Assembly (NCBI GenBank): GCA_038323715.1
Contig: JBBQHF010000006.1
Coordinates: 1 to 51,257 of the forward strand
Source: Patescibacteria group bacterium
GTDB lineage: Bacteria; Patescibacteriota; Patescibacteriia; Patescibacteriales; UBA12465
Length of the DNA stretch: 51,257 bases
Direction: 5' to 3'
The position numbers and the translations under genes were made by a program. This document shows, piece after piece, positions 9,805 through 20,187 of the stretch (position 1 is the stretch's first letter; the number at the start of each line of letters is the position of its first letter). The notes beneath the pieces were generated by a model, which was given only the letters and a program-made list of their open reading frames with translations, did no database searches and was not told the DNA's origin.

Positions 9805-12015
9805 ATGAATTTAATCATTGTTGAGTCGCCAACCAAGGCTAAAACTATAAGTAAATTTTTGGGCAACAAATATAAAGTTGAATCTTCTTTTGGTCATATA
9901 AGAGATCTTCCGGGGAGAGAGCTCGGGGTTGATTTGGAAAATAATTTTGAACCAAAATATGTAATCCCAGCAAAAGCAAAAAAAACAGTTACTAATTTAA
10001 AATCTTTTGCGGCTAAGGCTGATGAAGTTATTTTAGCGTCTGATGAAGACCGCGAGGGAGAAGCGATTGCTTGGCATTTAGCTCAAGCCTTAAAATTAAA
10101 CGCAACTCAGACTAAGAGAATTGTTTTTCATGAAATAACCAAGGATGCCATTTTAGAAGCCTTAAATCATCCACGCCAAATAGATTTAAATATGGTGGAT
10201 GCTCAACAAGCCAGAAGAGTTCTTGACCGTTTAGTGGGCTATAAGCTATCACCATTTCTTTGGAAGAAGGTCGCTAAAGGGTTGTCTGCTGGCAGAGTCC
10301 AGAGCGTAGCTACTAGAATTATTATTGAACGCGAAAAAGAAATAAATAATTTTAAACAGGAAGACTATTGGACTATTAGCGCCGATTTAGATACTCAGAA
10401 AAAGGAACAATTTAGAGCCGACTTATTAAAAATTGAAGGGAAATCTTTTGATAAATTATCTCTAAAAGAAGACCGGGCGACTGAAATAAAACAAATATTA
10501 GAAAGCGCCACTTATACAGTAAAAAAAGTAGAGAAAAAAACCGTTAAAAAATCGGCCTCAGCTCCTTTTACAACCTCAACTCTCCAACAAGGGGCTAATC
10601 GCCATTTAGGCTATAGCGCCAAACAAACAATGATGGTCGCGCAAAAATTATATGAAAAAGGGTTTATAACTTACATGAGAACCGACTCTTTAAACCTTTC
10701 GCCAAAATTTTTAGGTGATGCCAAAGATTGGATTATTACTAATTTAGGCAAAGAATACCATGGCGGGGAGCGAGTATTCAAAAATAAAAGTAAAAATGCT
10801 CAAGAGGCGCATGAGGCTATTCGCCCTACCGAAGCCGCATTATCACCAGAAGACCTTAAAGATAAATTGGATAATACTGAAAATAGATTATATAAATTAA
10901 TTTGGCAAAGAGCGGTCGCTAGCCAAATGACCTCAGCTAATTTAGATGCAACCGTGATTGATATTGAAGCTAAAAATAAAGATACTGAATTTATTTTGCG
11001 TGTTAACGGGCAGATTATATCTTTTGATGGTTATTTAAAGGTTTGGCCAGAGCAAACAAAAGAACAAACTTTACCAAACATTCAAGAAAACGACCAACTA
11101 AATCTCCAACAAATTTTATCAGAAAAACACAGCACTAATCCGCCGGCCAGATATTCCGATGCTGGCTTGGTCAAGGAATTAGAAAAACATGGGATTGGTA
11201 GACCTTCCACCTACGCACCGACCATTGCCACTATAATCGCCAGAAACTATGTTGAAAGAGATGAGGGCAAGAGACTTAAACCAACAGCAATTGCTTTTGT
11301 GGTTACAGAATTATTGATAAAACATTTCCCCAACATCGTTGATTACAAATTTACCGCCCAAATGGAAGATAATTTAGACTTAATTGCTAATGGCGAAAAA
11401 AAATGGCAACCAATTATCGGTGATTTCTATTCAGAATTTAGTCAAAATTTAGAAAATAAATATAAAGAAATTAATAAAAGTGATATTATGCCAGAAGAAA
11501 AATCAGAAGAAATTTGTGATAAGTGTGGAGCAAAAATGATTATTAAAACTGGAAGATATGGCAAGTTTTTAGCTTGTAGTGCTTTTCCAGAATGTAAAAA
11601 CATTAAAAAAATGAGCGGGCAAGGAGAATCTACTCCCGATAAACCAGTTGACCCAAAAGTATTAGAATTGGAAAAGAAATATGAGGGCGAGGTATGTGAT
11701 AAGTGTGGATCTCCGATGAAGGTGAGAGTCGGAAAATATGGACCATTTCTAGCCTGCAGCGCCTATCCTAAATGTAAAAATATCAAAAATATAGGAACCG
11801 AAACCGGGAAAGAAGTAGAATGCCCAATTTGTCACGAAGGAAAAATAGTCAAAAAATTTAGCAAACGTGGAGCATTTTATGCTTGTAGCAATTACCCAAA
11901 ATGTAAAAATGCCTATCAAGGAGAACCAACCGGCAAAGATTGCCCAAAATGTGGAGCCCTAATGATTGCCAACGCTAGTGGGAAAGCAAAGTGTAGTAAC
12001 AAAGATTGTAAATAG
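9805..12015 (+). CDS. topA: DNA topoisomerase I with four C-terminal C4 zinc ribbons
   Basis: TOPRIM N-terminus (LIIVESPTKAKTI...SFGHIRDL...DEDREGEAI), a catalytic region containing YMRTDS, and four repeated CxxC...CxxC ribbons. Confidence 0.96.
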   Translation: MNLIIVESPTKAKTISKFLGNKYKVESSFGHIRDLPGRELGVDLENNFEPKYVIPAKAKKTVTNLKSFAAKADEVILASDEDREGEAIAWHLAQALKLNATQTKRIVFHEITKDAILEALNHPRQIDLNMVDAQQARRVLDRLVGYKLSPFLWKKVAKGLSAGRVQSVATRIIIEREKEINNFKQEDYWTISADLDTQKKEQFRADLLKIEGKSFDKLSLKEDRATEIKQILESATYTVKKVEKKTVKKSASAPFTTSTLQQGANRHLGYSAKQTMMVAQKLYEKGFITYMRTDSLNLSPKFLGDAKDWIITNLGKEYHGGERVFKNKSKNAQEAHEAIRPTEAALSPEDLKDKLDNTENRLYKLIWQRAVASQMTSANLDATVIDIEAKNKDTEFILRVNGQIISFDGYLKVWPEQTKEQTLPNIQENDQLNLQQILSEKHSTNPPARYSDAGLVKELEKHGIGRPSTYAPTIATIIARNYVERDEGKRLKPTAIAFVVTELLIKHFPNIVDYKFTAQMEDNLDLIANGEKKWQPIIGDFYSEFSQNLENKYKEINKSDIMPEEKSEEICDKCGAKMIIKTGRYGKFLACSAFPECKNIKKMSGQGESTPDKPVDPKVLELEKKYEGEVCDKCGSPMKVRVGKYGPFLACSAYPKCKNIKNIGTETGKEVECPICHEGKIVKKFSKRGAFYACSNYPKCKNAYQGEPTGKDCPKCGALMIANASGKAKCSNKDCK

Positions 12016-12036
12016 AAAACTTCTCAAATAAACAAC

Positions 12037-12069
12037 AAAAAAGAGCCTCTGTTAAGAGACTCTTTTTTT
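12037..12069. terminator. bidirectional terminator between topA and the convergent small gene
   Basis: AGAGCCTC-(6 nt)-GAGACTCT hairpin flanked by an A-run and a T-run. Confidence 0.6.
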
Positions 12070-12082
12070 ATATTCAACAAGT

Positions 12083-12397
12083 TTATTTTGTCTTGTTAGT
12101 TTTTGTGTCTGATTTTGATTCTTTTCTTGACCAATCTTTATTTCTAGCAAAAGCCATCGCTTGCTTAGCCACTTCAGCTAAAACCACCATATACGCCGAG
12201 CTGCTTTTCACCTTTTCTCTTACCAGCGAAATTACTTCCTCTGCCTTAGAGACCCCCAATTCAACCTGTTTAATCAATTTATGTATTCTTTGAGCGCTAG
12301 ATATAAAATAGTACAGTGATAGAGATAGGAAAAAAGTTAAAATAGCAATTGCTAAAGCTAAGACTAAATTTAAAACATCAGCTGAAGTAGAAAACAT
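12083..12397 (-). CDS. hypothetical membrane-anchored coiled protein (104 aa)
   Basis: N-terminal TM helix followed by a charged helical region. Family not assigned. Confidence 0.55.
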   Translation of the reverse strand: MFSTSADVLNLVLALAIAILTFFLSLSLYYFISSAQRIHKLIKQVELGVSKAEEVISLVREKVKSSSAYMVVLAEVAKQAMAFARNKDWSRKESKSDTKTNKTK

Positions 12398-12417
12398 ATT
12401 TTTATTATATTGATAAG

Positions 12418-14859
12418 TTAAAAGTTCCTTAATTTGGCTTCAAATCTAGAAGCCATATAATCAATCAACCCAGTTTGGATAGCGTCTACTTCAATAGAAG
12501 TAAGCGTTTTTTCTTCTGATTGATAATAAAGATGCAATGCTAAACTTTTTTCTCCTGACGAAAGTTTATCGCCAGTATAAATATCAAATAATTCAACTGA
12601 TTTTATAATTGGATTAAAATTAAGCATTTCCCTCTTAAAATCATTATACAATATTTCCTCCGAAACAACAAAGGCCAAGTCTCTAATCACTGGTGGATAT
12701 TTTGCAGCTTCTTGAAATCGCAAAGAAGGTAAACTTAAAATTATTTTAGATAGAATATTTATATTAATTTCCACCAAGCCAGTAGTCATCTTAATATTGG
12801 TTTTATTTTTTGCGTCCTCGTTTAGTACTCCAATAATACCAATTTCTTTCCCAAAAATAGAAATGGTCGCCGTTAATTTTTTATTAGACCAACCAGGAAT
12901 ATTTTCAAAACTAGAATATGAAACTTCTTCTTGGCCAATAAATGCTCTTAAAAAATTAGAAGCAATGCTTTTTATTTGTAAAAAAATATCTTTACTATTA
13001 GAAGCAATAGCGATACTTAATCTTTTTTCTTGATATGGTAAAGTAAGTTCGCTATCATTATCCTTCTTAAAATCTCCCGGAGCATTAAAAAATACGCCAC
13101 CTAATTCAAAGAATCCTAATTCATCATCTTTAAATTGATTATTCTTTATATTACTAACCAATCCGGGAATGAGTGATTGTCTTAACATGCTGTGAATTTC
13201 AGATAAAGGATTAGCTAATTTAAGATGATTAAAAAAATCAATATTAAGCTTTTTCAACTGTTCTTCTCCAACAAATGAATAATTAGAAACTTCATTTAAA
13301 TTGAATCTAAGGGCAAGAACGTCCTTCATCTTTCTCTCCAACATTCTTTCTTGATTTATTTCTGGAGCAATGAGTTTTTCTATGGGCAAAGCAGAAACAA
13401 TATTATCATAACCATAAATACGTAGTATTTCCTCGGCCAAATCTTCCTGACCATTAACATCCTTGGTTGCCCGCCAGGAAGGGATGGTCACTTCGAGCTG
13501 ATCTTTGTGCTTTGTTAACTTGAATCCCAGCCTAGTTAATATATTTACTACCTGGTCCCTTGGTATTTCCTGCCCGATTTTAGCAAACAGCCAATCATAA
13601 CTTAAATTTATCTTTTTAGCTTCAGACTCCTTCTCTCCGGAGTCAAATAAATCACTAGCTATCTTTATATCCGGACAAACTGTTTTTAAAATAGATATAA
13701 AACGAAACAAAGCATCTTCTGTTAAATTTAAATCTAATGATTTTTCAAAACGCGTCGATGCTTCTGTTCTTAAACCTAATTTTTGTGAGGTTTTTCTAAT
13801 AATAGCATCTTTAAAATTAGCCGATTCTAAAATAATGGACGTTGTGTTAACGCTCACTTCGCTATTTTTGCCACCCATAACACCAGCGATGGCGATTGAT
13901 TGGCGACCGTCAGTAATAACCAGGTCGCTATTTTCTAATTTTCTCTCTTTGCCGTCTAAGGTTTCCATGGACTCTTGCTTAGCTAAGCGCACAACTATCT
14001 TTTTAACATTAGCAGCATCAAACGCGTGCATGGGCTGACCACAATCAAACATGACGTAATTAGTTATATCAACAATATTATTAATTGGTCTTTGATTTAT
14101 TGCCACCAGTCTTTCTTTTAACCAATCAGGAGATTCGACAATTTTTATATTATCAATTTTAATTGCCATATACCTAGGGCAGGCTTCTTTATTTTCTATA
14201 ACAACATCAAGTTTATTATTTTTAGAGTTAACTAGTTCTATCTTTTCACCAATTATTTTTTCATATGGCTTTAGATTGGCGTCAAAAATAACACCCAGCT
14301 CACGCGCGAGACCGTAGTGACTTAATAAATCTGGTCTATTGGATAATGACTTATTATCAACTTCAAAAATTATATCATTCAATTTTAGATAATTAACAAA
14401 AGGCTCTCCAATTTTAGCTTTTTTCCCTAAAACCATGATACCATCGTGATCTTTTCCAAGACCGAGTTCATCCTCAGCACAAATCATGCCTTCAGACATT
14501 TCGCCTCTTATCTCGCTGGCCTTTATCTCTAAACCACCAGGCAAAATAGCGCCCACAAGAGCAACGGCAACTAATTGCCCATCAGCAACGTTAGGCGCCC
14601 CACAGACAATATTAAGTTTTTTGTCCCGAACATCAACCAGCACCAACCGTAAACGATCGGCATTGGGATGTTTTTTAACTTCTAAAACTTTACCGACAAC
14701 GACTTTATTAAATTTATCCGACTGATCTTCCCACCCCTCAACTTCCACCGTATGGGCTGTTAACTTATCAGCAATTTCATTAGGTGAAATTTTCGGAGAT
14801 ATTTTAATAAAATCTTTTAGCCAATTATAAGAAATATACATAAATTTAAAACTGTTCAA
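12418..14859 (-). CDS. pheT: phenylalanine--tRNA ligase beta subunit
   Basis: 813 aa. N-terminal tRNA-binding domain (KHPNADRL...VCGAPN), B3/4 and B5 regions, FDX-ACB-like C-terminus. Overlaps pheS by 14 nt. Confidence 0.95.
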   Translation of the reverse strand: MNSFKFMYISYNWLKDFIKISPKISPNEIADKLTAHTVEVEGWEDQSDKFNKVVVGKVLEVKKHPNADRLRLVLVDVRDKKLNIVCGAPNVADGQLVAVALVGAILPGGLEIKASEIRGEMSEGMICAEDELGLGKDHDGIMVLGKKAKIGEPFVNYLKLNDIIFEVDNKSLSNRPDLLSHYGLARELGVIFDANLKPYEKIIGEKIELVNSKNNKLDVVIENKEACPRYMAIKIDNIKIVESPDWLKERLVAINQRPINNIVDITNYVMFDCGQPMHAFDAANVKKIVVRLAKQESMETLDGKERKLENSDLVITDGRQSIAIAGVMGGKNSEVSVNTTSIILESANFKDAIIRKTSQKLGLRTEASTRFEKSLDLNLTEDALFRFISILKTVCPDIKIASDLFDSGEKESEAKKINLSYDWLFAKIGQEIPRDQVVNILTRLGFKLTKHKDQLEVTIPSWRATKDVNGQEDLAEEILRIYGYDNIVSALPIEKLIAPEINQERMLERKMKDVLALRFNLNEVSNYSFVGEEQLKKLNIDFFNHLKLANPLSEIHSMLRQSLIPGLVSNIKNNQFKDDELGFFELGGVFFNAPGDFKKDNDSELTLPYQEKRLSIAIASNSKDIFLQIKSIASNFLRAFIGQEEVSYSSFENIPGWSNKKLTATISIFGKEIGIIGVLNEDAKNKTNIKMTTGLVEININILSKIILSLPSLRFQEAAKYPPVIRDLAFVVSEEILYNDFKREMLNFNPIIKSVELFDIYTGDKLSSGEKSLALHLYYQSEEKTLTSIEVDAIQTGLIDYMASRFEAKLRNF

Positions 14860-15874
14860 GAAATTTTAAGTCGCCGCTATTAAATAAACGGACATCGGTA
14901 ACTCCATATTTAAGCATCGCTAAACGGGTTAAGCCAAAACCAAAAGCGAGTCCAGAATACTCTTCAGGATCAATTCCTCCGGCACGTAAAACGTCGGGAT
15001 GAATTAAACCAGCGCCAACAATTTCCAGCCAACCAGTATTTTTACAAACTCTACATCCCTGGCCCTCGCATAGAAAACAAGTATATTCACCATTGTTCCC
15101 TGGCTCAACAAAAGGATAAAACTTTGGCCTCATTCTCAACTTAGTATTAGGGCCAAATAATTTTTTTCCAACTAACTCTAAAATACTTTTTAAATTTGCA
15201 AAGTTTATTTTTTTATCGATAATAATACCTTCTAGCTGATAGAATGTATGCTCATGTCTAGCATCAGTAGCTTCATTTCTAAAACAACGACCAGGTATAA
15301 TGGCCTTAAGCGGGGCACCTAGTTTTTTCATGGTTCTTATCTGCACTGGAGAGGTGTGGGTTCTCATTACCATGTCGAAATCTCCATCTTTATTTTTAGA
15401 ATCAATATAAAAGGTATCTTGCATATCACGCGCCGGATGAAGTGGTGGTATGTTTAGAGCGGTGAAGTTAAAGTAATCACTTTCTAACTCTGGCCCATCA
15501 GCAATAATAAAACCCAAAGAAGTAAATAAGTCTTCCATTTCTCTTTGAATAATTGTTATTGGATGAAGGTGTCCTTGTCTTAATTTGTCTCCTGGCAAAG
15601 TCACATCAACAAAGGTTTTGCTATCTGGTTTAACGCCGATAGTTTTTTTTGCCTCTTCAAAACTCTGCTCTAATTCTTTCTTAATATTATTAGCCAGCTC
15701 GCCAAACTCCTTTCTTAGCTCAACGCTCAGATCTTTTAAATTTCTAAGCACAGAGCTTAATTCGCCTTTGCGAGAAAAATATTGTAGCTCTATCTCCCGT
15801 AAAGACTCGGAATCTTTAGCTTGGCTCAATTTTTCTAAAAATTCTTCTTTTAATTTTTGTAATTTATTTTTCAT
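14846..15874 (-). CDS. pheS: phenylalanine--tRNA ligase alpha subunit
   Basis: Class II motifs (HPARDMQDTFY, RTHTSPVQ, FRNEATDARH, GFAFGFGLTRLAM). Confidence 0.96.
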   Translation of the reverse strand: MKNKLQKLKEEFLEKLSQAKDSESLREIELQYFSRKGELSSVLRNLKDLSVELRKEFGELANNIKKELEQSFEEAKKTIGVKPDSKTFVDVTLPGDKLRQGHLHPITIIQREMEDLFTSLGFIIADGPELESDYFNFTALNIPPLHPARDMQDTFYIDSKNKDGDFDMVMRTHTSPVQIRTMKKLGAPLKAIIPGRCFRNEATDARHEHTFYQLEGIIIDKKINFANLKSILELVGKKLFGPNTKLRMRPKFYPFVEPGNNGEYTCFLCEGQGCRVCKNTGWLEIVGAGLIHPDVLRAGGIDPEEYSGLAFGFGLTRLAMLKYGVTDVRLFNSGDLKFLEQF

Positions 15875-15878
15875 ATTA

Positions 15879-16259
15879 TTAACGACTCTTGTTATAGCTG
15901 ATAAGGAATAGTTCTAAAATTGAAAAGATGAGGATTAAAAGTAATAGATTCAACCAATTGAATAAATTACTAGCTTTTAAAAATAAGGCAACCACAAAAA
16001 ATAGAGAAAATAAAAATGATTGTCTAAATGAAATTTTTACCAAGTTAAATACTAGCTCTTTTTTTAAAACAACAAATCTCAATAAAAATCCCATGATTGT
16101 TGCAAAGCCGCTTAAAGCTAAAAATAGAGAAAGATAAAAAAGCAAAAAGCCAATCCAATTTGTCGCCGACGGATCTATCATATTGGCTACGAAAAAAAAT
16201 ATTCCACTACAAATAGCCGTTAAAACAGACATTACAAACAAATAGTTTTTTAAAGTCAT
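15879..16259 (-). CDS. hypothetical polytopic membrane protein (126 aa) embedded in the valS-pheST operon
   Basis: Four hydrophobic segments. Overlaps the valS stop by 4 nt and lies 4 nt (15875-15878) upstream of the pheS start codon. Confidence 0.6.
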   Translation of the reverse strand: MTLKNYLFVMSVLTAICSGIFFFVANMIDPSATNWIGFLLFYLSLFLALSGFATIMGFLLRFVVLKKELVFNLVKISFRQSFLFSLFFVVALFLKASNLFNWLNLLLLILIFSILELFLISYNKSR

Positions 16260-18892
16260 AGATTAGATATTGTATTATTTATTTTTTCTAACTCACTTTT
16301 ATAATTTAATAGTTTTTCATTCTCAGCCGCCACAATTTTTTCAGGGGCGCGACTAACAAATTCTGAATTTGCCAATTTTTGCTCTTGCAAAGAAACGAGC
16401 CTAATTAGATTATCCCTCTCTCTAGTAAGTCTCTCTAGCTCTTTCTCTTTATCTATGGCCCCCAATAAATAAATCTCCACGCCGCCAACAATAATAGAAA
16501 TTGCGTCAACAATTTTGTCACCAGATTCATAAATTTCCGTTGACTCTATTCCGGTTTTGAGATTTCTGATTATTGCTTGATTGTCTAATAAAATCTGAGT
16601 AGACTTATGACCGTAAATAATAGCCTGTAATTTTTTAGCAGGCTCTATTTTATTTAAACTACGAGCATTCCTAATGGCCACAATAATATCCTGAATGATT
16701 TTAAACTCTTGTTCGTTTTCTAATTCTAAATAATTTTTTAGTGAATCTAATTGAGGCCAAGCTTCAACCATCAGTAAGCTGCTATTAAAGCTAGACCAAA
16801 TCTTTTCCGTAACAAACGGCGCAAACGGATGCCAAATTATTAATAATTTTCTTAAAATAAAAATCAAAATTTCCGACTTATCTTTTTCTACCTTAGCTAT
16901 TTCTAAATACCAGTCCGCTAATTTATTCCAAGTAAATTCATCGAGCGCGTCAGCCGCAAAAGCAAAATTAAATTCATCCAAATTTTTACTTACATTTTTA
17001 ATTGTTTCCGTTAACGAATTTAAAATCCACTTATCGGCCAGTGACTTTGGTTCTGGTGCTTGATTTATAGAATCTTTTTCGACACTCGCAATCGCGTCTG
17101 AAGATGACAAAATAAATCTAGCAATATTCCATAATTTATTAACAAAATTTCTCTTAGCCTCAACCTTATCTTCATTAAATTTTAAATCACTGCCAGTAGT
17201 TAGCCCAGTTAAAATGGCTAAACGAACCGCATCAGTCCCAAATTTTTCAATCATCTCTAGTGGGTCAACTCCATTGCCTTTAGATTTAGACATTTTTTTA
17301 CCTTCTTTATCTAAAACCATCCCATGCAAATAAACCTGGGAAAAAGGAACTTCGTTAAGAGCAAAAATAGACATCATTATCATACGTGAAACCCACAAAG
17401 TAATAATTTCATACCCTGTTTCTAAAACTTGGGTAGGGTGAAATTTAGCTAAATCATTAATTTTCTGACCATCAATATAATTGTGTGGCCAGCCTAAAGT
17501 TGAAAAAGTCCACATTCCAGAAGAAAACCAAGTATCTAGTGTGTCCTGATCCTGTTGCCAGCCTTCACCAACTGGAGCCTCTAACCCGCAATGGGTTTCT
17601 TCGCCTTTATGCCAAACAGGAATTTGATGACCAAACCAGATTTGGCGCGAAATACACCAGTCGTGAAGATTAGTCATCCAATCAATATATCGCTTTTGAT
17701 ATCTTTCTGGAGTAAATTTTATTTCATTACTGACAGCAACCTCTAGTGCTCTTTCTTTTAAAGATTTATCGCCGAGTCTCTTTATTTTTTTATCTACGCT
17801 AATAAACCATTGCTCTGAGGGCAAAGGTTCAATTACTGAATCACAACGGTAACATCTAGCTGAATTATGAACATAATCCTCATCAATATGATCAATTAGT
17901 CCTAATGCCTGCATATCTACCACAATCGCTTCTCTAGCCTCAGCGGTTGTTAGTCCTGCGTATTTTCCGCAGTTTTCCATCATTCTGCCCTCCTCGTTAA
18001 TAATCTTTTTGCCGGGCAAATTATGTCTAGCGGCTATTTCACTGTCTATAAAACTATGGGAGGGGGTTACTTTAATGACCCCAGAGCCAAAATCCATTTC
18101 AACCGCTTTATCGGCCACAACTTTTACCTTAAACTTACCCAAAACACCATCAATATCTAATTCTTGACCAATAAAGTGTTGGTAGCGGCTATCATCGGGA
18201 TGTACGGCCACCGCCGTATCGCCTAATTTAGTTTCTGGTCTAGAGGTGGCTAATACAAAAGGACCATATTTTAACCAATAAAGCTTGGACTTTTCTTCTT
18301 TATATTCTACTTCATCATCAGCTAAAGTGGAGTGACACCGAGGGCACCAATTAACCATTCTTTCCCCGCGATAAATAACCCCTTCATTATACATGTCTAC
18401 AAACATGCGCTTAACCGCCAATTGACGCTCATCATCAAATGTGAAGGCTAGCCGAGACCAATCTAAAGAAGCCCCCATTTTTCTAGTTTGGGTTAAAATT
18501 TCACTTTGAGTTTGTTTTAAAAATTTCCAAATCTCTTCTAATAATTTTTCTCTCCCTAAATCATGCCTAGTTTTACCCTGTTCCTTAAATATTTTCTTCT
18601 CAACGGCATTTTGAGTAGCAATCGCGGCATGATCGGTTCCTGGTAGCCAAAGCGTTCTAAAGCCTTTTAGGCGCTTATACCGTATCATTAAATCTTCTAT
18701 AGCCAACATTGCTGAGTGTCCCATGTGCAATTTTGCTGTAATATTAGGGGGCGGAAGGATAATTGTATAACTTTCAGCATCTTCGGCCACGTTTAAATTA
18801 TCCGGATTAAAAAACCCTGATTTTTCCCATTTTTCATAAATAGCATCTTCATTTTCCGAGGGGTTATATATTTTGTCTAATTCAGTATTCAT
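16256..18892 (-). CDS. valS: valine--tRNA ligase
   Basis: 878 aa. PPPNITAKLHMGHS (HIGH-type), KMSKSKGN, an editing-domain region and a C-terminal coiled coil. Confidence 0.96.
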   Translation of the reverse strand: MNTELDKIYNPSENEDAIYEKWEKSGFFNPDNLNVAEDAESYTIILPPPNITAKLHMGHSAMLAIEDLMIRYKRLKGFRTLWLPGTDHAAIATQNAVEKKIFKEQGKTRHDLGREKLLEEIWKFLKQTQSEILTQTRKMGASLDWSRLAFTFDDERQLAVKRMFVDMYNEGVIYRGERMVNWCPRCHSTLADDEVEYKEEKSKLYWLKYGPFVLATSRPETKLGDTAVAVHPDDSRYQHFIGQELDIDGVLGKFKVKVVADKAVEMDFGSGVIKVTPSHSFIDSEIAARHNLPGKKIINEEGRMMENCGKYAGLTTAEAREAIVVDMQALGLIDHIDEDYVHNSARCYRCDSVIEPLPSEQWFISVDKKIKRLGDKSLKERALEVAVSNEIKFTPERYQKRYIDWMTNLHDWCISRQIWFGHQIPVWHKGEETHCGLEAPVGEGWQQDQDTLDTWFSSGMWTFSTLGWPHNYIDGQKINDLAKFHPTQVLETGYEIITLWVSRMIMMSIFALNEVPFSQVYLHGMVLDKEGKKMSKSKGNGVDPLEMIEKFGTDAVRLAILTGLTTGSDLKFNEDKVEAKRNFVNKLWNIARFILSSSDAIASVEKDSINQAPEPKSLADKWILNSLTETIKNVSKNLDEFNFAFAADALDEFTWNKLADWYLEIAKVEKDKSEILIFILRKLLIIWHPFAPFVTEKIWSSFNSSLLMVEAWPQLDSLKNYLELENEQEFKIIQDIIVAIRNARSLNKIEPAKKLQAIIYGHKSTQILLDNQAIIRNLKTGIESTEIYESGDKIVDAISIIVGGVEIYLLGAIDKEKELERLTRERDNLIRLVSLQEQKLANSEFVSRAPEKIVAAENEKLLNYKSELEKINNTISNL

Positions 18893-18939
18893 AGTTTAAA
18901 ATTACCAAAAAAATAGGCTTAAGTCAATTGAAAATAAGC

Positions 18940-18968
18940 TTGACTGACAGCATAAATCATTATATATT
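18940..18968 (+). promoter_or_regulatory. sigma70-like promoter for the DHH-like gene
   Basis: TTGACT (18940-18945), 17-nt spacer, TATATT (18963-18968). Confidence 0.45.
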
Positions 18969-19011
18969 TATTAATCGGCCCTAACTCCAGGTCCCTTTCT
19001 TAAAAAACCCT

Positions 19012-20151
19012 ATGTTAACAGTAGAACAACAAATTTTTAACCAAATTGAAAAAGCACAAAATATACTGATAGTCTTTCCTGTTGATTGGGACGGCGATTC
19101 AGTGTCTGCCGCTTTAACTCTTTTTACATACCTAAAACAACAAAATAAAAATATTGAGATTGTAAGCTCTGCCCCCAATAAGGATGTAACCGCTTTATCT
19201 TTTTTGCCAAATTTTTTAGAAATAAAAAATAATCTAGAACATCTCAGGCGATTTATTGTGTCTTTAGATATTAGTAAAACAAAAGTTAGTCAGATTAAGT
19301 ATGTTGTAGAGGACAATCAATTAAATTTTATTGTTTCCCCGCAGGATGGCTGGTTTGAACCAAGTGATGTCAGCTCTAAGGCGGGAGAGTTTAGATATGA
19401 CTTAATAATAATAATTGGAGCTAATGATTTTGAATCACTGGGTAATGTTTATGACCAAAACGTTGAGTTCTTTTATAAAACACCCATTATAAATATTTCC
19501 CAGCAAGCAGCTAATGAAGAGTTTGGTCAAATCAATCTTATCAATTTAAATTGTGTTGCCGTTTCGGAAATTATCTACAATCTTATAAAATTAGATAAAA
19601 AAAATAAAATAGACGAAAATCTGGCCACCGGATTACTCGCTGGTATTATTATAAAAACTAGAAATTTTAAAACGGGCAACTTAACACCAGAAACTCTAAT
19701 GACGACTTCGGAATTAATTGGGCTCGGCGCCAGAAGAGATGAAATCATTAACCGACTATACAGATCTCGAAATCTCAGCGACCTAAAGTTGTGGGGAAAG
19801 GTATTAAATAATCTGCGTTTGGAAAATGACAACGAGCTCGCGTGGTCTTATTTAGCAAAATCAGACATCCAAGATATAAATGTTAATGAGCATAAGCTTG
19901 GTGACATGGTTGATGAGTTAATGTCTAATTTACCAGACACTAAAATCATCATTGTTCTAGTTGAAGATAAAATAGATAATACAAAGTTATTTGCTTTTTC
20001 CTTAAAAAACACCAACATTATTGAGTTATTTAAGATATATAAGCCAGAGGGGACCCTCAAAACTATATCAGCAAATATTAAATTAGATTTAAATACCGCC
20101 ACAACAGAAGTAATAAAAGAAACAAAAATAAAACTTGATAAATTAAAATGA
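19012..20151 (+). CDS. DHH/DHHA1-family (NrnA-like) protein with degenerate catalytic motifs
   Basis: The overall layout resembles NrnA (VDWDGDSVSAA at motif I, GIIIKTRNF at motif IV). The position expected for DHH reads NISQQ, and the DTG motif reads KTR. Confidence 0.6.
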   Translation: MLTVEQQIFNQIEKAQNILIVFPVDWDGDSVSAALTLFTYLKQQNKNIEIVSSAPNKDVTALSFLPNFLEIKNNLEHLRRFIVSLDISKTKVSQIKYVVEDNQLNFIVSPQDGWFEPSDVSSKAGEFRYDLIIIIGANDFESLGNVYDQNVEFFYKTPIINISQQAANEEFGQINLINLNCVAVSEIIYNLIKLDKKNKIDENLATGLLAGIIIKTRNFKTGNLTPETLMTTSELIGLGARRDEIINRLYRSRNLSDLKLWGKVLNNLRLENDNELAWSYLAKSDIQDINVNEHKLGDMVDELMSNLPDTKIIIVLVEDKIDNTKLFAFSLKNTNIIELFKIYKPEGTLKTISANIKLDLNTATTEVIKETKIKLDKLK

Positions 20152-20187
20152 TAATGATATAAAGTAAACTAACCACCAACTTCATAT

